NCBI GenBank assembly: GCA_946611235.1
Contig: CAMODE010000035.1
Location: 77 to 64,076 of the forward strand
Source: an uncultured Bacillales bacterium
Lineage (GTDB): Bacteria; Bacillota_I; Bacilli_A; RF39; UBA660
Direction of reading: 5' to 3'
DNA length: 64,000 nucleotides
The notes beneath the pieces were generated by a model. That model made no database searches. It was not told where the DNA came from and saw only the letters and a program-made list of their open reading frames with translations. Within the stretch, counting starts at the first letter, position 1. Each line of letters opens with the position of its first letter. Positions 10,230-19,149 of the stretch are shown piece after piece. The position numbers and the translations under genes are program-made.

Positions 10230-10675
10230 GATTTTCTTTCCTTCCTAAATTGAACTATTAGTAAGATAAATACTCCAATACATATTAGAGAGTCCGCTAT
10301 ATTAAAGATAGGGAAATGGTATCCAAATATTTTTACAGAAATAAAGTCTACGACATACCCTCTTACTACTCTATCAATTAGATTACCTATAGAGCCTCCT
10401 ATTATGAGAGAAAATGATAGTATTTCTATCTTACTACTTATTTCATTTTTTATTATGTAATATATTAAACTACCTATTATTAATAAAGTTATTATTATTA
10501 AGAATATTCTTTTATCTGTTAGTATACTAAATGCTGCTCCATTATTTTTGGTATATATTAAATAGAAAAAGTTATTAATTACTTCTATATCTTTATTTAA
10601 ATAATTTATTACTGAGTACTTTGATGCTTGATCTAAGATAGTAAATATAATAGATAATATGGTTATTAATAACAT
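10226..10675 (-). CDS. lspA: lipoprotein signal peptidase II
   Basis: 149 aa, 4 TM. NxGAAF and FNIAD motifs. 4-nt overlap with rluD. Confidence 0.85.
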   Translation of the reverse strand: MLLITILSIIFTILDQASKYSVINYLNKDIEVINNFFYLIYTKNNGAAFSILTDKRIFLIIITLLIIGSLIYYIIKNEISSKIEILSFSLIIGGSIGNLIDRVVRGYVVDFISVKIFGYHFPIFNIADSLICIGVFILLIVQFRKERKS

Positions 10676-11184
10676 TAATTATCACTCCATACACATGTGT
10701 CAACAATATATGATTCTTGGTTTCCTTCCAAATATTCATTTATAAAGTCATCCGTAATACAATTTAAACTAGATGCTTTAATTCTATGGCAATATACAAA
10801 ATCACTATCCTTATATACTTCTATTTCTGCATTTACATTACATTCTTCTTTTTTATTATTAGGATTTATATAATCACTTTTTCTGATAATTTTATCATTA
10901 ATTAAATTTTCGATGGTAATAGTATCTTTATAAACTGTTACTTCTCTTCTATCAGTATCTGGTTTTATTTTAGTACCGATATTTGTATTAAAACTAAGTT
11001 CATCTGAATTTAATGAAGTATATGAATCTACTTGCTCAGATAATCTTTTTACAAATACTTCTTCTGCTTTTAATTTACTTTTTTTATAGCCATCAATACT
11101 ACTAGGTATTGCTATTACTAAAACAATAGCCATTATTGCTATTACCGCTAGTAACTCTATTAGAGTAAATCCTTTTCTATTCAT
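10675..11184 (-). CDS. prepilin-type N-terminal cleavage/methylation domain protein
   Basis: KGFTLIELLAVIAIMAIVLVIAIP. The stop overlaps the lspA start by 1 nt. Confidence 0.7.
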   Translation of the reverse strand: MNRKGFTLIELLAVIAIMAIVLVIAIPSSIDGYKKSKLKAEEVFVKRLSEQVDSYTSLNSDELSFNTNIGTKIKPDTDRREVTVYKDTITIENLINDKIIRKSDYINPNNKKEECNVNAEIEVYKDSDFVYCHRIKASSLNCITDDFINEYLEGNQESYIVDTCVWSDN

Positions 11185-11275
11185 ATCTATTTCCTCCAGT
11201 TATATTGTATCATTATCTTAAATTTTTATCAATAACACTATTGCTATTTAACGCTTTTATCTATATAATTAATTT

Positions 11276-11602
11276 ATGGTGAATAGTATGAAATTAATAT
11301 ATGATGATAAAGAAATTAATCTAACAGAATGCAAATCTTTTTATAGTAGACTAAAAGGTTTTATGTTTACTAAGAGTATTAATAAAGCTCTTTTATTTGA
11401 CAAATGTAATAGTATTCATACTTTCTTTATGAAAGAGAGTATTGATGTTATCATGTGTAATAAAGATAATAAAATTTTATATTATTATAATAATTTAGGT
11501 AAAAATAAGATTATTCTACCTAAAAAAGGAGTAAGTAAAGTATTTGAGACTCCTAGTAACTATTTTGATATTGAAATTGGAAAGAAGATGATGATTAAAT
11601 GA
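11276..11602 (+). CDS. DUF192 domain protein
   Basis: Size and pattern (RLKGFMF...SIHTFFM...IDVI) are typical of DUF192/COG1430. Confidence 0.55.
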   Translation: MVNSMKLIYDDKEINLTECKSFYSRLKGFMFTKSINKALLFDKCNSIHTFFMKESIDVIMCNKDNKILYYYNNLGKNKIILPKKGVSKVFETPSNYFDIEIGKKMMIK

Positions 11603-12567
11603 AAGTAGCTATATTAGGTACTGGAGCTTATGGTATGGCTCTTGCTAGTATTTTTTATAATAATAAATTAAAGGTTAGTATGTGGACTAATAGTGAAGAA
11701 GAAAAAGAATTACTACTTAGTAATGGTAAAAGCAATAAGATAAATTATGTTATTTCTAAAGATATTATAATATCTACGGATATGAAAGAAGTAATAGAGG
11801 GATCTTCACTTATAGTGATTGTTGTTCCTTCGAAATTTGTTCGAAGTACTACTAGAGAACTTAAAAAATACTACACTAATCAAGTTATTTGTATTGCTTC
11901 TAAAGGGCTTGAAGATACTACTAAAATGCTCCTTTACGATGTAGTTAGAAGTGAAATAAATACATCTAATATTGGTATTATTTCTGGTGGTACTTTTGCT
12001 GAAGATGTTATAAGAGAAGTTCCTATAGGACTTAGTGTTGCTTCAAGAAGTAAAATGGCTAGAGAAATAATTATAAAAGCCATGAAAAATAATTATGTCA
12101 AACTAAGGCCTACGAGAGATATTATTGGTACAGAAATATGTGGCAGTATTAAAAATGTCATTGCTATTGCCTCTGGGATGATAGATGGTATGGGGTATCC
12201 TATTTCTACGAGTAGCCTACTGATAACAGAAGCTCTTAATGATATTAAAAATCTTAGTCATGCTCTTGGTGGTAGTAAGAAAACTATTTTATCTTTTGCA
12301 GGGTTTGGTGATATTCTTCTTACTTGTACTTCAGATAAAAGTAGAAATTATACTCTAGGTAAATTAATTGGCAGTGGTGCTTCTAAAGATGAAATAAATA
12401 AGTATATAGAAAGCACTACTATTGAAGGTTTAAATACTTTGGTATCTATTAAAAAACTACTTAGTAATAAAAAAATAAGAATGCCTATTATTAATTTAAT
12501 TTATAATATTATATATGGAGATAAATCTCCAGAAGAACTTTCTAATTTCTTAATCAGAAAAGAATAA
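11599..12567 (+). CDS. gpsA: NAD(P)H-dependent glycerol-3-phosphate dehydrogenase
   Basis: N-terminal Rossmann ILGTGAYGMALA and the GSIKNVIAIASGM motif. Confidence 0.85.
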   Translation: MKVAILGTGAYGMALASIFYNNKLKVSMWTNSEEEKELLLSNGKSNKINYVISKDIIISTDMKEVIEGSSLIVIVVPSKFVRSTTRELKKYYTNQVICIASKGLEDTTKMLLYDVVRSEINTSNIGIISGGTFAEDVIREVPIGLSVASRSKMAREIIIKAMKNNYVKLRPTRDIIGTEICGSIKNVIAIASGMIDGMGYPISTSSLLITEALNDIKNLSHALGGSKKTILSFAGFGDILLTCTSDKSRNYTLGKLIGSGASKDEINKYIESTTIEGLNTLVSIKKLLSNKKIRMPIINLIYNIIYGDKSPEELSNFLIRKE

Positions 12568-12682
12568 TCTAGAGAATGGTTATTCTTGTACATGTATAAT
12601 CACACTAACTTAATTGTATGTGAATATTACTATATTAAAAGGTATCACTTCTATTTGAAATGATACCATGATTCTTTAATTA

Positions 12683-13432
12683 TTACAAATAAATTAATTC
12701 TGCTATGTCGTCATCATATATTCTTTTTATTATTAAATTAATGATCTCACATAGTCTTTTTGTAACTTCATTGTAATCTTTTGCTATTCTATAAATTGCA
12801 TCTGGCATTGCCCTTAAGTTATAATCATTCGAAAAAGAAGTGATAGCTATTGAATATCTATGTGTCATTTGATTTCTTAAATTATTCACATAACTATGAA
12901 CTCCAACATCTATATCATTTTTTAAACTAAATGGTTCTTCAATATAAGAAATTAATGATTTAAAATCAATTTCAGCATTATTTTTTAATTTTTTTATTAA
13001 ATCTTTATAACAAACTTTTCTAATATCAATTTTTAAATCAAAGTAAATATTATACAATTGTGCTAACGAATCCCATAATACTATTTCTCTAAACAATGCA
13101 TTTTCCATAAAATAATAGATACTCTGTTCCTTACTTGACAGTTTATTACTAACAGGATTATATTTTTTTATATCTAATTTTAAATATCCCTTGACACATT
13201 TTTCAATTGAATATCTAGTTTTATTTGCCAAATCATTAATTGATTCAATAAAATGATTATATTTAAAATATTCTATAGTTTCTTTTTTTAAATTGTCTCC
13301 TATTACCCCAGCAATAAATTTGTTATCTTCTATTAAAATGTGCAGATTGGATATGGGTATTATATATTCGTCTATTAAATCGGTAACTACCTTAGCATCA
13401 TCTTTACTTAAAACAGATTGAAATTTAGGCAT
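12683..13432 (-). CDS. HEPN-like protein (Rx4H motif), last gene of the MmeI operon
   Basis: 249 aa, all-helical looking. Single RNQMTH (R-x4-H) motif near the C-terminal third. Starts 2 nt after the MmeI-like stop. Confidence 0.4.
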   Translation of the reverse strand: MPKFQSVLSKDDAKVVTDLIDEYIIPISNLHILIEDNKFIAGVIGDNLKKETIEYFKYNHFIESINDLANKTRYSIEKCVKGYLKLDIKKYNPVSNKLSSKEQSIYYFMENALFREIVLWDSLAQLYNIYFDLKIDIRKVCYKDLIKKLKNNAEIDFKSLISYIEEPFSLKNDIDVGVHSYVNNLRNQMTHRYSIAITSFSNDYNLRAMPDAIYRIAKDYNEVTKRLCEIINLIIKRIYDDDIAELIYL

Positions 13433-13434
13433 AA

Positions 13435-16230
13435 TTAATTATCCTTTTTTGTCAGTTCCTGATACATTTCCATTAATTTGGCGACACAATCAGATTCAGT
13501 CATATGTTTCCAATCAAATCCATATGCTTCCATTACAGCAATATCATTTTGTTGGTGTGCTTTTCTTAGTTCAACAGGCATAGTTAGCTCATCATATAAA
13601 TCTGCTAAAGAACTATTAGGATATTTTGCTCTAGCATCTAATATTCCTTGAGCAGCTTTTTCTATTTTTTCTTTTTGCTCTTTAGTTGGATTTGGCCATG
13701 GAAAATTATTATAAACTATATCTTTAGAATATCTATAATCTGATTTCAATCTTCCAGCAACAGTCCTCATCCAAGACATGTGAACATTAGACGTTAATAT
13801 ACCAAAATCATATATATCGGCATCAGGTATTATTAATGTACCCATAACAGGTATCGTTTCCTTGTCTAAAAAGCCTATTGGTATATATCTTCTTCTTTCA
13901 GATGATACACATGGTACAATTAAATATTTATCTGGGTTTATTTGTTCTCTAAATAACATTGGCGTATCTGCTAACTTTAAAGATTCTGGAGTATTTGCTT
14001 TTATTCTATCTTCTCTACACTTATTAACCCTATCAATTACCATTGGCATATTTCTAAGTTCATTAGGTTCGCATCCTACTAGCCATAAACAATATCTCTC
14101 TTTATTATTAATAAACTCTTGGGCTCCTACCATCTTCTTTATCCATTTTTTTGAATTTGGACATTTTGTAATAAATTCTACATATTCATCAGGTTCTAAT
14201 TTTAAATTATTATAATCACATGGTTTATTAGGAGCAATCATTTTTTTTCTATTATCAAATGGTTTATTTCTACTTTCAACAAATATATCTGGAGCAGTAA
14301 TTAAATATGGATTAATATTATCAGTTTTTATTATTTTACCACTATCATATAAATATTTATCAACCAATAAACTTTTATCACTGAATCCAATTATTACACA
14401 ATGAACATGAGCCCTTAAACTAGCTTCTGAATCCCATCTAAATGTCTTGTGAGCAAAATCAATTTTAACTTTAAAGTTTAAAAGCGGTTTCCATAAGATT
14501 TCTACTTGTTCACCTTGTGTTATTGAATTAGTAGATACCAAAGCACATCTAATTTTTGTATTAACAATATACTTAGATGCTATATAATACCAACAGGAAA
14601 CATAATCAAGTGTTCTATATTTTATTTTATTATTATTTTGAAAAACAAAATCCATATCTAGTTTCTGACTTGGGCTTGAATACTTTGAGCCAATAAAAGG
14701 TGGATTACCCATTATGTAATTACATTTTGTATTAGGTACTACATCATTCCAGTCTATTCTTAATGCATTTGCTTCAACAATATTATCGTATGTTTCAAGT
14801 GGTAAAAAATCACCAATATTAGATATTGTAGAAATAATCTTCTTAGTTTCATTCCACATTTGAGCTTCTGCTATCCATAGTGCAGTTTTAGCAACTTTTA
14901 CTGCAAAATCATTTATTTCTATACCATAAAATTGCCCTATAGATACTTTAATAATGCCAGACATATCTAACATCATCATACCATGACTCATTACTTCTAG
15001 TGCTTCATTTTCTAATCTTCTAAGTGATAAGTAAGTTTCAGTTAGGAAATTACCTGAACCACAGGCTGGATCTAAGAAAGTAAGTGATGAAATATATTTT
15101 TGAAATTCAGTTAATTTTTCATTTCTTGTTTTCTCATTTTTATAACTTTCTGCTTCGTTTAATTTATCTCTTAATTCATTTAAGAATAATGGATCAATTA
15201 CTTTATGGATATTTTCAATTGAAGTATAATGCATTCCACCACTTCTTCTTGTATCTGGATTCAATGTTGATTCAAATACAGCACCAAATATAGTTGGGGA
15301 TATTTCTGACCAATCAAATTCATCTGATGCTTTAGCAAGTAATGTATTTTTTATTTCTTCTGTAAATTTAGGTATTTCTATATTTTCATTTGAAAACAAG
15401 CCACCATTAACATATGGAAATTGATTTAAATCATCTTCTAAATAAGGATCACGCTTATCAAGGGGTGTATCTAATATTCTAAATAACTTAATTAAATTTT
15501 CTCTCATTAAGGTTAAATCATCATATTTTGCTAGATAATCATGAAAGATATTTTTTCTACCAAATAATCCCGCATCTTCAGCATATAAACAAAATACTAA
15601 TCTTACACACAATTCATTTAAATCTTTCCCTGATTGTTCATTATTTATATCTCGATATTCTTCCCTAAAAGCATCATATAATTTACCAACTAATTCTCCA
15701 GCCTTAAAAGACAACTCCTCTTCTTTTTTTAGATGCTCATTTTTAGTATCTACCAAGAATGATAAGCGATAATATTCTTTTCCTAAATCTTTTAATAATA
15801 TTTCTTCTGGTTCTCCATTTGGATTATTCATATCATATACAAGAAATGATTTAAAATTACATGTAACAATCCATCTTGGTCTTTTATCATATGCTAGTTC
15901 TGCAGAATATCTTTTTGCTTGTTGAAATGGATTTAATAAAGAACCATCAGATTGCTTTATTGCTTTTCTTAAATCTTTATCAATTGATTTTTGCTCGATT
16001 AAAACTTTTGTTTTATCAATAAATCCATCGATAAAACCTGACCTCTTATCAATATGAACTGTATCTTCAAAGTGAATAAAGTCAACTGCATTACTTACTC
16101 CTAATACATTTTCAAGTAAATCAATCCAATATTTTTGAGATTCACCTTTCTCATAACCTTTATCTTTCCATCTCATAGAAAACTCTTTAGCAGCTTTCTT
16201 TTGTTCTAAATCAGTCATTATTTCCTCCAA
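13435..16230 (-). CDS. MmeI-family type IIL/IIG restriction-modification enzyme (fused endonuclease + N6-adenine methyltransferase + TRD)
   Basis: 931 aa. N-terminal D-x12-EQK nuclease motif (FIDGFIDKTKVLIEQK), SAM motif FLDPACGSGNFL, catalytic GNPPFIG. The N-terminus (AKEFSMRWKDKGYEKGESQKYWIDLLENVLGV) is typical of the family. Confidence 0.8.
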   Translation of the reverse strand: MEEIMTDLEQKKAAKEFSMRWKDKGYEKGESQKYWIDLLENVLGVSNAVDFIHFEDTVHIDKRSGFIDGFIDKTKVLIEQKSIDKDLRKAIKQSDGSLLNPFQQAKRYSAELAYDKRPRWIVTCNFKSFLVYDMNNPNGEPEEILLKDLGKEYYRLSFLVDTKNEHLKKEEELSFKAGELVGKLYDAFREEYRDINNEQSGKDLNELCVRLVFCLYAEDAGLFGRKNIFHDYLAKYDDLTLMRENLIKLFRILDTPLDKRDPYLEDDLNQFPYVNGGLFSNENIEIPKFTEEIKNTLLAKASDEFDWSEISPTIFGAVFESTLNPDTRRSGGMHYTSIENIHKVIDPLFLNELRDKLNEAESYKNEKTRNEKLTEFQKYISSLTFLDPACGSGNFLTETYLSLRRLENEALEVMSHGMMMLDMSGIIKVSIGQFYGIEINDFAVKVAKTALWIAEAQMWNETKKIISTISNIGDFLPLETYDNIVEANALRIDWNDVVPNTKCNYIMGNPPFIGSKYSSPSQKLDMDFVFQNNNKIKYRTLDYVSCWYYIASKYIVNTKIRCALVSTNSITQGEQVEILWKPLLNFKVKIDFAHKTFRWDSEASLRAHVHCVIIGFSDKSLLVDKYLYDSGKIIKTDNINPYLITAPDIFVESRNKPFDNRKKMIAPNKPCDYNNLKLEPDEYVEFITKCPNSKKWIKKMVGAQEFINNKERYCLWLVGCEPNELRNMPMVIDRVNKCREDRIKANTPESLKLADTPMLFREQINPDKYLIVPCVSSERRRYIPIGFLDKETIPVMGTLIIPDADIYDFGILTSNVHMSWMRTVAGRLKSDYRYSKDIVYNNFPWPNPTKEQKEKIEKAAQGILDARAKYPNSSLADLYDELTMPVELRKAHQQNDIAVMEAYGFDWKHMTESDCVAKLMEMYQELTKKDN

Positions 16231-17554
16231 TTACTTCCCATTTTCCTTTTTTATTTGGACCAACTCGTCTAATATATCCCCTATTTACCAACTCACTTAT
16301 ATGATATCTTATCATTCTAGGAGTTAAATTTAAAAGATTTGCCATTTCTGATTGAGTTATATTTGGTCTATCTAGAATTAACTTCATTATACTTTCTTCC
16401 ATTTTACTTAAATTTAATTCTGAATAATCTATTTGTCTTGTTCTGTTATGACTTTCATATTCAAAATCATTTTGATTATATTTAATACTTACAATTATAA
16501 AATGAGGATAAAATTGATAAATACTTTTATCATACTTTTTCAATATTTTTTTTACTCCAGTTCCTAAATGCTCAACCAATTCTAAATCCTTAAACACTCG
16601 CATTAATTCTGGGTTTTTAGGGGCTGAATAACCTTTTAAAAATTCTTCTTCAGTAAATTCTTCTTGAATACCACCAAATGATGATATCTCTAATCTATCA
16701 CTAAAAAATTCAAATTTAGGTGGATATTCATTTGACCAATCATTATGAACAATTGCATTTATGATTGCTTCCCTTACAGCATTATAATCATACATTGATT
16801 TTTCGATACGTTCAGGATATGTAATTTTAGCAAATACTTTATTTTGTGTTTTAAATTTTTCTAAAACCCTATATGTTGCAGTTATTAAACAACATTCTCC
16901 AAATTCATAATATTCTTCTATTTCATCAACATCATCACCAACATATTTTGCAACTTTTATAGAAATTCTATTATTATCTGCCAAAAGATAAGCAATATAA
17001 TTAAATTTGTTATCATCAGTAAAGAATTCTAATTGTCTTTCAAAATTTTCGCCTATATCAAATCCTTTTTCAATATAATACATTTTTAATTGTCTAAAAG
17101 TCAAATCTTGAATAGGTGAGGCAATATTCTTTAATGAATCTTTTGTTCTTGATCTAAACATTTTATTAATCAATGTTGTTGACATTTTTTCATTTGAACT
17201 CCCAACTCTTATAAAACAACTATCTGTTGTCATTCCCATTCCTTTTATGTGATATGGTCTTTCAACACCCTTTGCAACCGTAATATGAATATATTTCTTA
17301 CTATTTTCTTCTAAAACTTCTATATCAAATAAACCTAATACTGATGGTTCAATATTTGAAACTATTATATCTTTTATTTTTCTTTGTAATAAATCCAAAT
17401 TATTTTTTAATCCAACAACTGTACCATCATCAGAAATACCAATGTAAATATGGCCTCCATCTTTACTATTAAGAAAGCCTATAACGGTTTCTTCTAAGTC
17501 ATCTGGTAATTTAACTTTAAATTCATTTCTACTATCTTCAATTACACCTAACAT
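16211..17554 (-). CDS. AlbA_2 (Schlafen-like) + HATPase_c_4 + C-terminal wHTH protein (COG2865-type putative regulator)
   Basis: N-terminus EDSRNEFKVKLPDD...NSKDGGHIYIGISDDGTVVGL, central REAIINAIVHNDW, C-terminal wHTH (ITQSEMANLLNLTPRMIRYHISELVNRGYI). Confidence 0.7.
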   Translation of the reverse strand: MLGVIEDSRNEFKVKLPDDLEETVIGFLNSKDGGHIYIGISDDGTVVGLKNNLDLLQRKIKDIIVSNIEPSVLGLFDIEVLEENSKKYIHITVAKGVERPYHIKGMGMTTDSCFIRVGSSNEKMSTTLINKMFRSRTKDSLKNIASPIQDLTFRQLKMYYIEKGFDIGENFERQLEFFTDDNKFNYIAYLLADNNRISIKVAKYVGDDVDEIEEYYEFGECCLITATYRVLEKFKTQNKVFAKITYPERIEKSMYDYNAVREAIINAIVHNDWSNEYPPKFEFFSDRLEISSFGGIQEEFTEEEFLKGYSAPKNPELMRVFKDLELVEHLGTGVKKILKKYDKSIYQFYPHFIIVSIKYNQNDFEYESHNRTRQIDYSELNLSKMEESIMKLILDRPNITQSEMANLLNLTPRMIRYHISELVNRGYIRRVGPNKKGKWEVIGGNND

Positions 17555-17607
17555 CTTAATACCTCCAATAAATCTTAATTACATTATACATCATATTTAA
17601 TTTTTTG

Positions 17608-17717
17608 CCTAGTAAATTTCCTAATAAATTTCCTAATAAATTTCCTAATAAATTGGAATTTTCCGCATATTTTACCGGTTATTCCTAATAAATTTCCTAG
17701 TATTTTCCTAGTAAATA
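17608..17717. repeat. array of seven 12-bp CCTA(A/G)TAAATTT repeats (4 tandem + 3 tandem) in the promoter region of the island operon
   Basis: Read directly: 17608-17655 holds four contiguous units and 17683-17717 holds three more, 54-163 bp upstream of the 17554 start. Confidence 0.9.
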
Positions 17718-17832
17718 TTTTTAAATTTATTAAAAACGATATTTATTTGTCGGTTTAATAAAGAATCTTATTAATTAAAAAGTCAAGTGTAACTTTTGAA
17801 TAGTTATAATAATTGTCGATAATACGACTTTA

Positions 17833-17856
17833 GTTAGTTTGACCAGCCACTGCTGG
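17833..17856 (-). other. 3' element after miaA: CCAGC-agtg-GCTGG hairpin followed by UCAAACUAAC
   Basis: Same flank sequence and same spacing from the stop as 436-473. The stem sequence differs but pairing is preserved. Confidence 0.5.
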
Positions 17857-17875
17857 AATAATAAAAAGGAGTAAA

Positions 17876-18757
17876 TTAGTTATTATCGATATAACTACTT
17901 ACTTTTTCTATTGTATTATTAAAATTATTATAGTCAGTTTCAAACCATACTACTGGTAGTTGATGATTAAAGAATGTATATTGTCTTTTAGCATAATGTC
18001 TTGAATTTTTCTTAATATTATCTATTGCCTCTTCTAATGATATATTATTATCAAAGTATTCATACAACTCTTTATAGCCAATAGCACTAAGTAGTGGTTT
18101 ACTTCTTATACCCTTTTCATAGAAGGATTTTACTTCATCAAGTAGTCCTTCTTTTATCATAATATCTACTCTATCATTTATTTTATTATAAAGATTTTCT
18201 CTATCCGTAGTTAAGCCAATAAAGATAGTATCATATAATAATTTATCTGTTTTATTATCATTTATCGACTTATTATTTTCTTTATAATAGTTTATGGCTC
18301 TTATTAATCTTCTTCGATTATTTTTATCTATTTGAATATCTTTATCAAGACTTATTAATTCATGATATAACTCTTCAGTACTTAAATTATCATAAGTATT
18401 ATTTTCTTTTTCTTTAGATAATTTATAATCATAGAGAGCAGCTTTTATATATAGACCTGTTCCTCCTACAAGAATGGGAGTATTTCCTCTTTTTTGTATT
18501 TCTGATATTACTCTACGACAGTCTTGTTGATAATGATAAATGGTATAATCTTCATTTACTTCTTTTATATCAAATAAATGATGGGGAATGCCTTCCATTT
18601 CTTCTTTAGTTACTTTAGCGGAACCAATATCTAAACCAATATACACTTGAACAGCATCAGCATTTATTATTTCTCCATGATATTTCTTAGCTAGTTCGAT
18701 AGATAATTTTGTTTTACCTACTGCTGTTGGTCCTGTTACTACGATTACTTTATTCAT
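17876..18757 (-). CDS. miaA: tRNA dimethylallyltransferase
   Basis: VIVVTGPTAVGKTKLSIELAK P-loop, INADAVQVY. Confidence 0.9.
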   Translation of the reverse strand: MNKVIVVTGPTAVGKTKLSIELAKKYHGEIINADAVQVYIGLDIGSAKVTKEEMEGIPHHLFDIKEVNEDYTIYHYQQDCRRVISEIQKRGNTPILVGGTGLYIKAALYDYKLSKEKENNTYDNLSTEELYHELISLDKDIQIDKNNRRRLIRAINYYKENNKSINDNKTDKLLYDTIFIGLTTDRENLYNKINDRVDIMIKEGLLDEVKSFYEKGIRSKPLLSAIGYKELYEYFDNNISLEEAIDNIKKNSRHYAKRQYTFFNHQLPVVWFETDYNNFNNTIEKVSSYIDNN

Positions 18758-19146
18758 TGCTTTCTTCCTTTACTTTCTTTTTTGAATATGTAATTTTTTA
18801 TTCTTAATATTTCATTATTATCTAATTCTTCATTTAAATCATACATTGCTGGGAATAATCCTTTTAATTTTATTAGTCCTTTAGTGGCTGCTTCTATATT
18901 CATTGTATAACCATTTTTTTCTATTACTTTGACTAAATAAGCAAGAATTGTCCGAGAATTGCCATCATAAAAGATTTGCATATTAAATAGTAAAATACAT
19001 AATTTAATAAATTCATCTAAATCGAAAGGTCTTTCGTTAAAATTATCTAATAGTTTATAGACTTCTTCTAAATTATCTAATCTTACATTATTATCGTCAT
19101 TTGTTATTATTCTGTTTATTTCAAGTAATTCGTTAAAGTATTCCAT
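18754..19146 (-). CDS. small Fic-like protein with degenerate active-site motif
   Basis: 130 aa. QIFYDGNSRTILAYL aligns to the Fic HPFxDGNGRxxR motif but lacks the His, Gly and last Arg. 4-nt overlap with miaA. Confidence 0.4.
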   Translation of the reverse strand: MEYFNELLEINRIITNDDNNVRLDNLEEVYKLLDNFNERPFDLDEFIKLCILLFNMQIFYDGNSRTILAYLVKVIEKNGYTMNIEAATKGLIKLKGLFPAMYDLNEELDNNEILRIKNYIFKKESKGRKQ

Positions 19147-19149
19147 AAG

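Noticed and set aside
13435-16230. BREX PglX methyltransferase
   Set aside because: The size and motifs resemble PglX, but there is no PglZ, BrxC/PglY, BrxA/B or BrxL nearby. The N-terminal D-x12-EQK nuclease motif fits a stand-alone MmeI-type RM enzyme.
17608-17717. Possible CRISPR array (short direct repeats); also considered for the 21-bp repeats at 27257-27337
   Set aside because: Units are 12 bp and 21 bp and are contiguous, with no unique spacers of 25-40 bp. No cas genes are in the window. These are tandem repeats, not CRISPR.
12568-17875. Mobile genetic element (prophage, ICE or transposon) call for the MmeI island and the other islets
   Set aside because: No integrase, recombinase, transposase, terminal inverted repeats of an IS, or flanking tRNA was found in this window. 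The islets look like recombination-acquired cassettes, so I did not annotate a mobile_element.
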